From the IMG/VR virus record IMGVR_UViG_3300025327_000035, positions 1-56,830 of that record: 56,830 bases of DNA, one strand, 5' to 3'. Each line of letters opens with the position of its first letter. The stretch's first letter is position 1. Made by a program: the position numbers and the translations under genes. This DNA comes from a virus (taxonomy: Duplodnaviria > Caudoviricetes). Under the pieces are notes generated by a model. That model did not search any database. It saw only the letters and a list, made by a program, of their open reading frames with translations, and was not told the DNA's origin. Of this stretch, positions 44,945 through 53,578 are shown piece after piece.

Positions 44945-45311
44945 CGGCGAGACGGTAAGCGAGACTGCGCCTCGGCAGAACGAGTTGTCGCCGTGGCAGC
45001 ACCTGCTCATGCGCTGCAAGGCCGACAACCTGCGTATCACGCAGTTGCGCTTGCAGGTCGCGGGTCGCACGTTCCACGCGATCCCGAATGCAGATGGGTA
45101 TGTCTGCGCGTATGAGGTGCGATCAGCACTCAATAGCAAGCAGCAGCAGACATTTCAGATTGTTGGATCAGTGGACACAGACCTCGGCTTAGTGTTTGTG
45201 ACGAAGGTCAACCAGCAAGGTGATAGTTGGCAAGAGGTGCGTCCGCTGGGCAGTTTACATGTGCATAGCACGGTGCGTGAGCAGAGGGACTTGATCGTTA
45301 GGAACCACTAG
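44922..45311 (+). CDS. Hypothetical protein (MWIASLSNGETV...)
   Basis: ATG 44922; intact copy of the duplicated gene. Confidence 0.65.
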   Translation: MWIASLSNGETVSETAPRQNELSPWQHLLMRCKADNLRITQLRLQVAGRTFHAIPNADGYVCAYEVRSALNSKQQQTFQIVGSVDTDLGLVFVTKVNQQGDSWQEVRPLGSLHVHSTVREQRDLIVRNH

Positions 45312-45375
45312 CGTACATCTGACACGGTAGGTGCATATACCTCATTTGAGGTAGGGAGGATGACATGGCTATTTG

Positions 45376-45891
45376 TTACTTCGCGAATCTTCCGTTCTTG
45401 TCTCTAGCTCGGCTCAGATTATGCAGTTTCGAGTGTTGAGACTTTGTTAGAACTCGCAAATTTTGGGAAAGGTTATTGAAGGGATTATCGTCAATATGAT
45501 GCACGACTTCGTTAGCTTTCAAGGACCTACCTATCATCTTCTCGGCAACCAGAATATAGTCGAAGACCCTGCCTCGTCCTGGAACATAGGTGGTCGGTCT
45601 ACCGACCCTGATGCCGTGTTTGGTTTTTGTACGAGAAATCTTAATTTTGAACTCATTGGTCGGAGGGTTTTCTTTCCAGCGATGCTTTGTCGCCTCGCTT
45701 ATTTTCTGTCTATGTTCTGGAGATTTTCCGCCCAAGAACCCTCTCCACTTAGGAGCGCGTTCGATGCCGAACATGATTAGGCGGTTTCTTACAGTATTTC
45801 GAGATACTCCCAATCGTTTCGCTATAGATTGCAGAGAGTTGTCTGGGTACACAGATCGAAGCCAGTCCGGGTCATTCAGATGTCTATTCAT
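45376..45891 (-). CDS. HNH homing endonuclease (HTH + NUMOD3-like + HNH)
   Basis: EVVHHIDDNPFNN...NL...H...H; KSPEHRQKISE; AT-rich; antisense to its neighbours. Confidence 0.88.
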   Translation of the reverse strand: MNRHLNDPDWLRSVYPDNSLQSIAKRLGVSRNTVRNRLIMFGIERAPKWRGFLGGKSPEHRQKISEATKHRWKENPPTNEFKIKISRTKTKHGIRVGRPTTYVPGRGRVFDYILVAEKMIGRSLKANEVVHHIDDNPFNNLSQNLRVLTKSQHSKLHNLSRARDKNGRFAK

Positions 45892-45898
45892 AGAATAG

Positions 45899-45927
45899 AT
45901 AGTAACACGAACGTAGTAAGTTGTCAA
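45899..45927 (-). promoter_or_regulatory. Promoter of the HNH gene (probably leaderless)
   Basis: Minus strand TTGACA-N17-TACTAT, 7 nt before ATG 45891. Confidence 0.65.
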
Positions 45928-45946
45928 ACTGCAAAAGGAGAGTACG

Positions 45947-47434
45947 ATGTCACAATACTATGTCCGCAAGAGTGGTAATGACTCTAACGATGGCCTATCT
46001 CCCGCGACTGCTTGGCTCACCATTGGCAAGGCGCTCGGCGCGTCGGGGATTTCGAGCGGGGATACGGTGTACATCGGCTCTGGAGTATACAGAGAGAAAG
46101 TAAACTGCAACTTGGTTTCTCCGACTGCGGAGACGTTTGTGATCGGCGATATGCTAGGAGAACATACGGGAGATGTACCAGGGCAAATACGATTAACTAA
46201 TTATCTTACCAATGACAAGACCGCACCGACCGATCAGGCATTACTTGAATTGAATGGGAGAGATTATTTGACATTCCAAAATATAATGTTCCATATATAT
46301 TCTAACTCCGAGATTTATCCAATAGATACAGGTATCACGCTTTCCGCCTACATCAAGTTTATTGAGTGCACATTCTTTGGTCAGAATGTAGCTAATCTTG
46401 ATGCCCCATTCCTATACGTTATCGGCGCAACAGACACACCGGTTCATTGGCTGATCAGTAGGTGTTATTTCTTTGCACCTGGCTATCGAGCCGTTTCCCT
46501 CGATTATTCTGGGCTTACCCATACGGCTGATTTCGATGCCGATTTTCAAATATTGAACTGTGTCTCTGTATTTTCTACTTCACTCTTCCATATCAATGCT
46601 GGTTCATTTGGTTCACCCCGATACCAGGCATGTGGGGAAATTGTTAGAGGATGTTCAATATTCACGAACTCGTTTGCTATGTACTATACTGTGGCTGCCT
46701 CGACTAGAGTTCCATCTATACCTGCGCGCTTTGAGGGTAATTTCGTGATTACCCATGACTTCTCTGCTCCCTCTTTGCAAGCAGATGGCACAGGCCAGAT
46801 AATAGCTGAGAAGAATCTTATCGTCTCAGGTTACCCCTATCTCAATGTTACTGAGGGAGCAGGAAGCGTTAGCAATGGAAGCTATGCCGTCCTGTTTGAT
46901 ACGGGACAGGAGACATTATTGGGACTGAATCCTAAACCCATATTCACCCCATCAGATAGTAGCCCGCTACTGGGATTTGGAACAGTATTTGGGGGGCCCA
47001 CTGTTGATGTACTGAATCGCCCTCGCCCTGCGGGGGGGCAATCCACTCTAAATGCAGTTGGTGCATATGAACGCCACGACACTGGCATTGAGGATACTTC
47101 CGTTTATGATTCTGCGCCTTCCAGCGTCAAGATCATCGGCCCTGGCGACCACGATTTCGAGTTGCCAGTCAATCCAGTTGCCACCAATATCACCATCATG
47201 GTGCAATACGATGCTAATCACGGAGAGACTAATAAGCCGCAGGTGCAGCTATTGGCAAATCCGTTGATTGGCGTATCTGCTGAGACCAAGACTCTGACTG
47301 AAGTCGCGGATATCTGGGAGAAGATAGAGTTCACGCAATTCACGCCGACTGGTTACGGTGTAGTGACGCTACGCTGCATCAGCCGAGCCGCAGCGGGAAA
47401 CGGACAAGCCTGGTTTGATTCGATAACCGTATGA
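45947..47434 (+). CDS. Pectin-lyase-like beta-helix protein (DUF1565-type N-terminus)
   Basis: [25 protein letters not shown]...[13 protein letters not shown]; AT-rich centre. Confidence 0.8.
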   Translation: MSQYYVRKSGNDSNDGLSPATAWLTIGKALGASGISSGDTVYIGSGVYREKVNCNLVSPTAETFVIGDMLGEHTGDVPGQIRLTNYLTNDKTAPTDQALLELNGRDYLTFQNIMFHIYSNSEIYPIDTGITLSAYIKFIECTFFGQNVANLDAPFLYVIGATDTPVHWLISRCYFFAPGYRAVSLDYSGLTHTADFDADFQILNCVSVFSTSLFHINAGSFGSPRYQACGEIVRGCSIFTNSFAMYYTVAASTRVPSIPARFEGNFVITHDFSAPSLQADGTGQIIAEKNLIVSGYPYLNVTEGAGSVSNGSYAVLFDTGQETLLGLNPKPIFTPSDSSPLLGFGTVFGGPTVDVLNRPRPAGGQSTLNAVGAYERHDTGIEDTSVYDSAPSSVKIIGPGDHDFELPVNPVATNITIMVQYDANHGETNKPQVQLLANPLIGVSAETKTLTEVADIWEKIEFTQFTPTGYGVVTLRCISRAAAGNGQAWFDSITV

Positions 47435-47444
47435 GGCAAGGCGA

Positions 47445-47906
47445 ATGATTATTCTGACTCGGCGCGGCTTCCTAAAAATTTCATCGGTTCTGGCTGTTGC
47501 CCTGTATCTACCCAGACTCCTGATCGTTGCGACACGCGATCAGCTTAGAACGATGTACGGCTTTTACTTCAAGCCATCCGGCGATCCGATGAGACGACTG
47601 TGGCCCTCCAATCAGGTTACGATTCCGACTCAAACACCAACTATGACTGATACGCCAACTCTGACTTCAACTCTGACACCTACGCCAACGGACACGGCGA
47701 CGCCCACTCAGACTCTGACTCCGACGTCTACGTCTACATCGACTGATACGGCAACCGCTACCGCGACGCTTGCACCGACTAACACACCGACGCCGACCAG
47801 AACACCCACACCTACACTGATTCCTACGTCAACGCCGACTGCAACGCCCTCGCCGACAGGGACGTTTACGCCGACTCCCACGAGAACGAAGCGACCGAAG
47901 CGATGA
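47445..47906 (+). CDS. Twin-arginine-signal protein with a Thr-Pro repeat tail
   Basis: TRRGFLK + hydrophobic stretch; ~90 aa of TPT repeats. Confidence 0.7.
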   Translation: MIILTRRGFLKISSVLAVALYLPRLLIVATRDQLRTMYGFYFKPSGDPMRRLWPSNQVTIPTQTPTMTDTPTLTSTLTPTPTDTATPTQTLTPTSTSTSTDTATATATLAPTNTPTPTRTPTPTLIPTSTPTATPSPTGTFTPTPTRTKRPKR

Positions 47907-47907
47907 C

Positions 47908-48717
47908 ATGCCTAACAGCAACAGTTTGGATTATTTCAAGCCATCCGGCGAGCCGCTCAGACGGCTCGATGGAGCAAGCACGCAATCTGCTGGCCCTGTG
48001 CCCGTCTTCCGCTCGGTGGGTGCATATGGGTTTGGTACAACTTCTTGCGTTGCCGCTGTCCCGACGGGTGGAGCTGCGCCACAGGCAAATGACATCTTGG
48101 TTATTGTGGTCGAGTCTACCGATTCGACGACCGCTGCCGGCACGCCCAACACCCCGTCTGGTTGGACTAAGCTGTTTGAGGAGACCCAGGGGGATGGGGC
48201 AACGGGCGTCACCACGCTCACTGTATTCGGTAAACGTGCGGGAGCCGGTGAGACGGATGTCACAATCGACGGCGTTGGCAATCATTGCAGCGCCAGTATG
48301 TACGTTGTCGAAGGGTGCATTACGACAGGCGATGCCTGGACGGTCGGAGCGGGCAACGGGGCGAATAGCGGCAATGGCACGTTGCTTGGCGTCACGACGC
48401 CATCAGACAATTGCCTCGTCCTGGCTCTATGTGGAACAACACGAGATGCCAATAGCTCTGCCACATTCTCGGCCTGGACGAACGCTAATCTCGCCAATCT
48501 CACGGAGCGGGGCGACAATACCAGAAACACTGGAGCAGGCGGTGGGCATGGCATTGCGATGGGCGAGAAAACCACAGCCGGTGATACCGGCAGCACCACT
48601 GTTACCATCTCCGTCTCGCAGCAGTGGCGCGGCGTCCAGATTGCGCTTAGGCCACCTGAAGTGACGCAGACGCAAGCGCCACGCTCGGCGCACCAGTACC
48701 GGCTGAGGAGGCGTTAG
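47908..48717 (+). CDS. Putative virion decoration / adhesin protein
   Basis: G/T/A-rich beta domain (NDILVIVV...TPSGWT) similar to the N-terminus of 49818. Confidence 0.65.
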   Translation: MPNSNSLDYFKPSGEPLRRLDGASTQSAGPVPVFRSVGAYGFGTTSCVAAVPTGGAAPQANDILVIVVESTDSTTAAGTPNTPSGWTKLFEETQGDGATGVTTLTVFGKRAGAGETDVTIDGVGNHCSASMYVVEGCITTGDAWTVGAGNGANSGNGTLLGVTTPSDNCLVLALCGTTRDANSSATFSAWTNANLANLTERGDNTRNTGAGGGHGIAMGEKTTAGDTGSTTVTISVSQQWRGVQIALRPPEVTQTQAPRSAHQYRLRRR

Positions 48718-48720
48718 GCC

Positions 48721-49671
48721 GTGTGGCTCAAGCAGAACACCGCGATCACGTTTAGGATGGGGCCGTTTGTAGATTCCACAGACGGTTTCACGCCAGAGAC
48801 GTTGTTAACCATCACGCAGCCCGATGTGAGGGTCAGCAAGGCAGGCGCCGCGTTCGCACAGAAGAGCGACACAGGCGGCGCCACGCATGACGAGAACGGT
48901 TGGTATTCTATACCGCTCAATGCGACTGACACAAATACATTGGGGCTGTTCAGCGTGGCGATCTACGAGGTGGGCGCGCTTCCTGTATGGCGGGATTTCA
49001 TGGTCGTGCCCGCGAATGTTTATGACTCACTCGTTGGTGGAAGCGACGCGCTACAAGTGCACACTAATGAGATTACGAACGACCTTATCACTGCTGCTGC
49101 TATCGCCAATGGTGCCATTGATGCTGCCACGTTCGCGGCTGGCGCGATCGACGCCGCTGCCATTGCGACAGATGCTATCGGCGCAGCCGAACTCGCCGCT
49201 GATGCTATCGCGGAGATCGCAGACGCGATGTGGGACGAGGCGCGCAGTGGACATGTCGCAGCCGGTTCATTTGGTGAGGGCGTCGCATCTGTTCAGGGTA
49301 ACGTCACCGGTTCGGTTGCTTCTGTATCCGGTGGTGTGGGTGGGAGTGTGTCTGGATCGGTTGTTGGATCGGTCGGATCAGTTGACACTGGTGGAATCAC
49401 CGCTGCGTCTATCGCCACAGGAGCATTCGATGCAGATGCACTGGCTGATGATGCTGCTGCAGAAATCGCTGATAAGGTTCTGGGTCGAAACATCGCGGGC
49501 GGCTCGGATACGGGCCGCACAGTCAAGCAAGCGTTGCGGATCCTCAGGAATCGCCGGGCTATTGCCGCTGGGACTTTGACCGTCTATCAAGAGGACGACT
49601 CGACGCCGGACTGGACGGCTGCCGTGACTACTGCGGCGGGTAATCCAGTCAACTCGGTTGATCCGGCATGA
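48721..49671 (+). CDS. Putative fibre/structural protein with pentapeptide-like Ala-Ile repeats
   Basis: MWLKQNT...GPFVDSTDG...NGWYSIPL..TDTNTLG; AAAIA/GAIDA and GSV repeats. Confidence 0.65.
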   Translation: MWLKQNTAITFRMGPFVDSTDGFTPETLLTITQPDVRVSKAGAAFAQKSDTGGATHDENGWYSIPLNATDTNTLGLFSVAIYEVGALPVWRDFMVVPANVYDSLVGGSDALQVHTNEITNDLITAAAIANGAIDAATFAAGAIDAAAIATDAIGAAELAADAIAEIADAMWDEARSGHVAAGSFGEGVASVQGNVTGSVASVSGGVGGSVSGSVVGSVGSVDTGGITAASIATGAFDADALADDAAAEIADKVLGRNIAGGSDTGRTVKQALRILRNRRAIAAGTLTVYQEDDSTPDWTAAVTTAAGNPVNSVDPA

Positions 49672-49817
49672 TGTAGATTATGAGATAGCACACGCGGCCT
49701 GGCCCTCGCTCGTCATCATGACGAGTGCCCCTACGGGAGTCTGGGTTTGGCATGGAGACTTGGGCTATGGTGTCTCAGCACCGAACCTTAACAACTGTAG
49801 CACGAAGGTAGCGGAAG

Positions 49818-51962
49818 ATGACTGCCCCTGTCGTCCGCGCCACGGCCACGCCGCATAAGTTCACGGCTACCGATACGGTCACCATCACGAAGCCATCTGG
49901 CACAGTGGATGGCGATCTGCTCGTATTCGTCCTGGAGTCGGCTGAGGCGGCGACGGATGTCAGCACCTGGCCGGACGGGAGCTGGGTTCCGGGCCATCGC
50001 ACAACAGGCAGTGGTCAATGCGGGCTGATCGGCTATAAATTGGTCGCTTCGAGCGAGCCGAGTTCGTGGACGTTCACGCTAAACGGGGCTCGCAACGGCA
50101 TTGCCACCGTAGTTGTTATAGATGGCTCTACGACAGCCAACACTCTGTCCGGCACTGAAGCCGGTCAGCAAACAGCCAATGGGACCTCGCACGCGACCCC
50201 CAATATCACGACGGATGTTGCCGATTGCCTGCTTCTGACGCACTACGGCTCGGACAGCGGTGGCTCACGCACTTGGACGCAGGGCAGCGACACGGAGTTG
50301 ATGGACGACGAGGAGACGAGCCTGTGGGTGAGCTTGGCGATCTTCTCCGCTGTCGCGGCGACCGCAGATACATATTCCAAGACCGGCACGTCGAGCGCGA
50401 ACTGCATAGGCGATACCGGTATCATGGCGATCCGTCCCGTGTCGGGGACACAGGTAAGCGACAACCAGACCGCGTATCTCAAGGGACGTGACACTGCCAG
50501 CGATAATCAGCCCGCCTATACAAAGGGACGGGATGTATCTAGCGACAACCAACCGGCTTATCTCCGGGGCCGAGCTGCTGCCAGCGATAATCAGTCCGCG
50601 TACCTCAAAGGCCGGGACGCGGCGAGTGACTCACAGCCCGCCTACCTGTTCGGCGTCGAGGCGGCAAGTGACAGTCAGACAGCTTATTTGCGAGGTGAGG
50701 CACCTGCCAGCGACAATCAGGCGGCATACACGCGGGGGCGCGATACTGCAAGCGACAACCAGATCGCTTATCTCAGGGGCCGCGACTCCGCAGTCGATAG
50801 CCAGCCCGCTTACGCGAGGGGCAAAGATACTGCTGTCGATAATCAGCACGCGTACGTCAACGGTCAGGCTGCTGCGAGTGACAATCAGACCGCTTATCTG
50901 AACGCAGTATCGGCAGGCACTCCGGCTAGTAGCGGGCAGATCGCATATCTAAGGGGGCAGGATACTGCCACTGACGGTCAACCTGCTTATCTCAGAGGGG
51001 TAGCCTCTGCCGAAGACTCGCAACTAGCCTACTTGTCAGGTGCAGCCTCAACAGCCGACAGCCAGGCTGCTTACCTGAGAAGTGAGGCCCAGGCGAGCGA
51101 TTCGCAATTATCGTATCTGGTTGGATCGGAAGTTGCAAGTGATAGCCAGCCTGCCTACCTCGAAGCCCAAGCGACAGCTAGCGACAATCAACCTGCCTAT
51201 CTGTCTGGGCCAGTCGAGGACGCGGGTGCGCTCGATGCGATTGATGGATCGCTGTTCTGGTCAACGACAGGTGCAGTCGAGGCAAGCGATGGCCAGCCCG
51301 CTTACCTGAGAGGGCAGGATACCGCCAGTGGCTCTCAAGCAGCTTACCTGAGTGGCCTGGCAGTCACCAGCGACGCGCAACCGGCCTATCTCAGCGGTTC
51401 AGACACGGCGACGGATTCGCAGCCCGCTCACCTGCGCGGGCAAGATGTAGCAGTAGGTTCTCAGCCGGCTTACCTATCCGGTGTAACGGGCGCAGTTGGA
51501 TCGCAGGTAGTCTATCTGCGAGGGGAAGATGCCGCCGCAGATTCGCAATCGGCCTATCTCGTTGGGAGTGATGTTGCATCTGATGCACAGATCGCGTATG
51601 CCCGTGGACAAGATGCAGCAACGAGCGCACAACCAGCCTATCTCGCTGGACGCGACACGGCGGTCGATTCGCAATCGGCGTACCTGCGAGGCTCAGCGGC
51701 AGCGAGCGACTCGCAGCCGGCCTATCTCTCTGGCGCGTCAGGCGGAACCGAGACCAGCGATAACCAGCCCGCTTATCTTGCTGGCACGGCGACGGCGGCT
51801 GATTCGCAACCCGCATATTTATGGAGTGGTCAGGCTGTAAGCGATTCACAATCTGCATACCTCAATGGCGTGCAACCTCTTGGCCGCTCGAGGGACTGGC
51901 GTCGTGTTAAGGCGCAGCGAAAACAGAAGGAAGAAGAAGAAATTATCATCATCGAATCCTAG
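49818..51962 (+). CDS. Fibre/adhesin-like protein with ~30 copies of a 14-aa repeat
   Basis: SD[NS]QPAYLxGxxxA units; C-terminal RKQKEEEEIIIIES. Confidence 0.8.
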   Translation: MTAPVVRATATPHKFTATDTVTITKPSGTVDGDLLVFVLESAEAATDVSTWPDGSWVPGHRTTGSGQCGLIGYKLVASSEPSSWTFTLNGARNGIATVVVIDGSTTANTLSGTEAGQQTANGTSHATPNITTDVADCLLLTHYGSDSGGSRTWTQGSDTELMDDEETSLWVSLAIFSAVAATADTYSKTGTSSANCIGDTGIMAIRPVSGTQVSDNQTAYLKGRDTASDNQPAYTKGRDVSSDNQPAYLRGRAAASDNQSAYLKGRDAASDSQPAYLFGVEAASDSQTAYLRGEAPASDNQAAYTRGRDTASDNQIAYLRGRDSAVDSQPAYARGKDTAVDNQHAYVNGQAAASDNQTAYLNAVSAGTPASSGQIAYLRGQDTATDGQPAYLRGVASAEDSQLAYLSGAASTADSQAAYLRSEAQASDSQLSYLVGSEVASDSQPAYLEAQATASDNQPAYLSGPVEDAGALDAIDGSLFWSTTGAVEASDGQPAYLRGQDTASGSQAAYLSGLAVTSDAQPAYLSGSDTATDSQPAHLRGQDVAVGSQPAYLSGVTGAVGSQVVYLRGEDAAADSQSAYLVGSDVASDAQIAYARGQDAATSAQPAYLAGRDTAVDSQSAYLRGSAAASDSQPAYLSGASGGTETSDNQPAYLAGTATAADSQPAYLWSGQAVSDSQSAYLNGVQPLGRSRDWRRVKAQRKQKEEEEIIIIES
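50454..51870 (+). repeat. Degenerate 42-bp coding tandem repeat
   Basis: Repeats conserved at protein level, synonymously diverged in DNA. Confidence 0.85.
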
Positions 51963-51973
51963 AAGGAAATGCT

Positions 51974-52900
51974 ATGCCCGATTCCCCACGTCCCGGCACT
52001 AAGACCGACTACATTCGGCGCATCGACGACCTGGTGAACCAGGTCAAGCGCATGGAGGATGAGGCGGCGCGCCGGGCGGCCCGGTTGTTGCTGGAAGCCC
52101 AGCGCGAGATTACGCAGCGCGTGATCACGGCCGAAGGCTGGCGGCTGGAGAATTTGCAATCGCTCCAGCGGCAGGTCAACGACATCCTGGCTCGCTTCGA
52201 GCGGGAATACACTGCCGCGCTATCGGGCATCCAGGTGGACGCTTACCAGCTCGGCGCCGAATCGGTTGACGATCCCCTGCGCGTCAGCGGCGTGACGCTG
52301 GCGCCGGCGCGCCTGAATCCAGCCGTGATTTCAGTCCTGCAGGGCTTCTCTGCCGACCTGATCCGCAACGTCTCGGCAGAAACGCGTGCGGCAGTGAATG
52401 CGACGATCGCTCAATCGCTTCTCGGCCTGCAATCGCCGTTCGAGGCGCAGAAACGCATCACGCAGATCATCGGCGCGCACGACCGGCTCGGCGAGTTGAC
52501 CGGCATCAGCGCGCGGGCGGAATCTCAATTCCGAACCGAGACCGGGCGGGTCTACTCGATTGCGACACAGGCCCGGCAGGAACAGGTCGCGGAGTTGGTG
52601 CCGGACTTAATGAAGGCATGGGTTGCGACGGGCGATACACGCACGCGCAGCGGGCACTTGGACGCGCACGGACAGACGGTGAAAGTAGACGAGTTCTTCG
52701 AGGTTGCGCCCTACCGGGGCGCGCCAAAGGAACGGCTGAAGTTTCCGCGTGATCCACGGGGCAGTGCGGCCAATACGATCAATTGCCGCTGCCGGCCCGT
52801 GACCTGGCGCGCCGGCTACGGCGAAATCTTGCCGCGTACAACAGCGCGAGTCGAGAAGGAACGCGAGAGGCGGGCGAATGAATTTGCGTGGACGACCTAA
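51974..52900 (+). CDS. Minor head protein, Mu gpF / SPP1 gp7 family
   Basis: RTET, KAW.ATGDTRTRSGH...HGQ, FPRDP...NTINCRC. Confidence 0.9.
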   Translation: MPDSPRPGTKTDYIRRIDDLVNQVKRMEDEAARRAARLLLEAQREITQRVITAEGWRLENLQSLQRQVNDILARFEREYTAALSGIQVDAYQLGAESVDDPLRVSGVTLAPARLNPAVISVLQGFSADLIRNVSAETRAAVNATIAQSLLGLQSPFEAQKRITQIIGAHDRLGELTGISARAESQFRTETGRVYSIATQARQEQVAELVPDLMKAWVATGDTRTRSGHLDAHGQTVKVDEFFEVAPYRGAPKERLKFPRDPRGSAANTINCRCRPVTWRAGYGEILPRTTARVEKERERRANEFAWTT

Positions 52901-53141
52901 ACCAAAGCCGTCACTGTATGCGCATGGCGGCACGGCGACCCGTGCCAATGGCCGCCTTCGACAGCCGCATTTTCAACATGATATTCCGCCAAGGGTGGCA
53001 AAACTCATGATCGATTACGCGCGGGAGATTGTGCGCATGTCGCCGGCGCGGTACGAATTGCATATGCGCTCAATAGAGTCCATTATCATGCATTCCCAGG
53101 ACAAAAGACAACATGGAATCTCTGCGAAAACAACTGATTGA
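52878..53141 (+). CDS. Hypothetical protein
   Basis: Overlapping operon context. Confidence 0.4.
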   Translation: MNLRGRPKPKPSLYAHGGTATRANGRLRQPHFQHDIPPRVAKLMIDYAREIVRMSPARYELHMRSIESIIMHSQDKRQHGISAKTTD

Positions 53142-53391
53142 AGCTGGTGTCTGGTCGGCTACCGATGCGCGCGATCCGTCAGTCGATTTACTTGCGGCTT
53201 ACGAATTGCGCGATTACATCGTCAAACACCATCTCGCAGGCGATTACGAGCGCGCATTGCTGGACATATTGGAAGAAGTCAACGGCTTTCAGACCACCAT
53301 GTTTGATCTTGTCTTTGCTGCACCATTCCATCGCTGTAAGGCGCTTTTGCGCGTAGTTCTGGTGGGGGACTTGACATTTGGACAAATCTGA
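53113..53391 (+). CDS. Hypothetical protein, possible phage ABA-sandwich-like domain
   Basis: DPSVDLLAAYEL...FAAPFHRCKALL. Confidence 0.45.
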   Translation: MESLRKQLIEAGVWSATDARDPSVDLLAAYELRDYIVKHHLAGDYERALLDILEEVNGFQTTMFDLVFAAPFHRCKALLRVVLVGDLTFGQI

Positions 53392-53414
53392 GTAAGATAT
53401 TCATAATCGAATAG
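53371..53414 (+). promoter_or_regulatory. Late promoter 2 with AATCGAATAG at the start site
   Basis: TTGACA-N16-TAAGAT-N6-AATCGAATAG. Confidence 0.7.
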
Positions 53415-53470
53415 GCTAAAGTCCCTTCAATCGCGCCCGAATGGGCGAGGAGCCAAACAAAAGGATTTCT

Positions 53471-53556
53471 AGGGCGACCAGGCTGAATAGCTTGGCCGCC
53501 CTTTTTATTGCTTTACAACGGGCGACCGGCAGACAGCCGGTCGTTCGTTTTTTGTT
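53471..53556 (+). terminator. Two tandem intrinsic terminators in the capsid leader
   Basis: AGGGCGACCAGGCT/AGCTTGGCCGCCCT+TTTT and AACGGGCGACCGGC/GCCGGTCGTTCGTT+TTTT. Confidence 0.75.
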
Positions 53557-53578
53557 GCACGGCAGCAGGTAACAGTCT

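Noticed and set aside
44407-45010. Diversity-generating retroelement TR/VR pair
   Set aside because: Differences are not adenine-specific and no reverse transcriptase is encoded.
47903-48664. 253-aa alternative-frame ORF
   Set aside because: R/S/P-rich off-frame composition; 47908..48717 has the domain-like sequence.
50454-51870. CRISPR array
   Set aside because: Repeats are degenerate, in frame and lack unique spacers; no cas genes are present.
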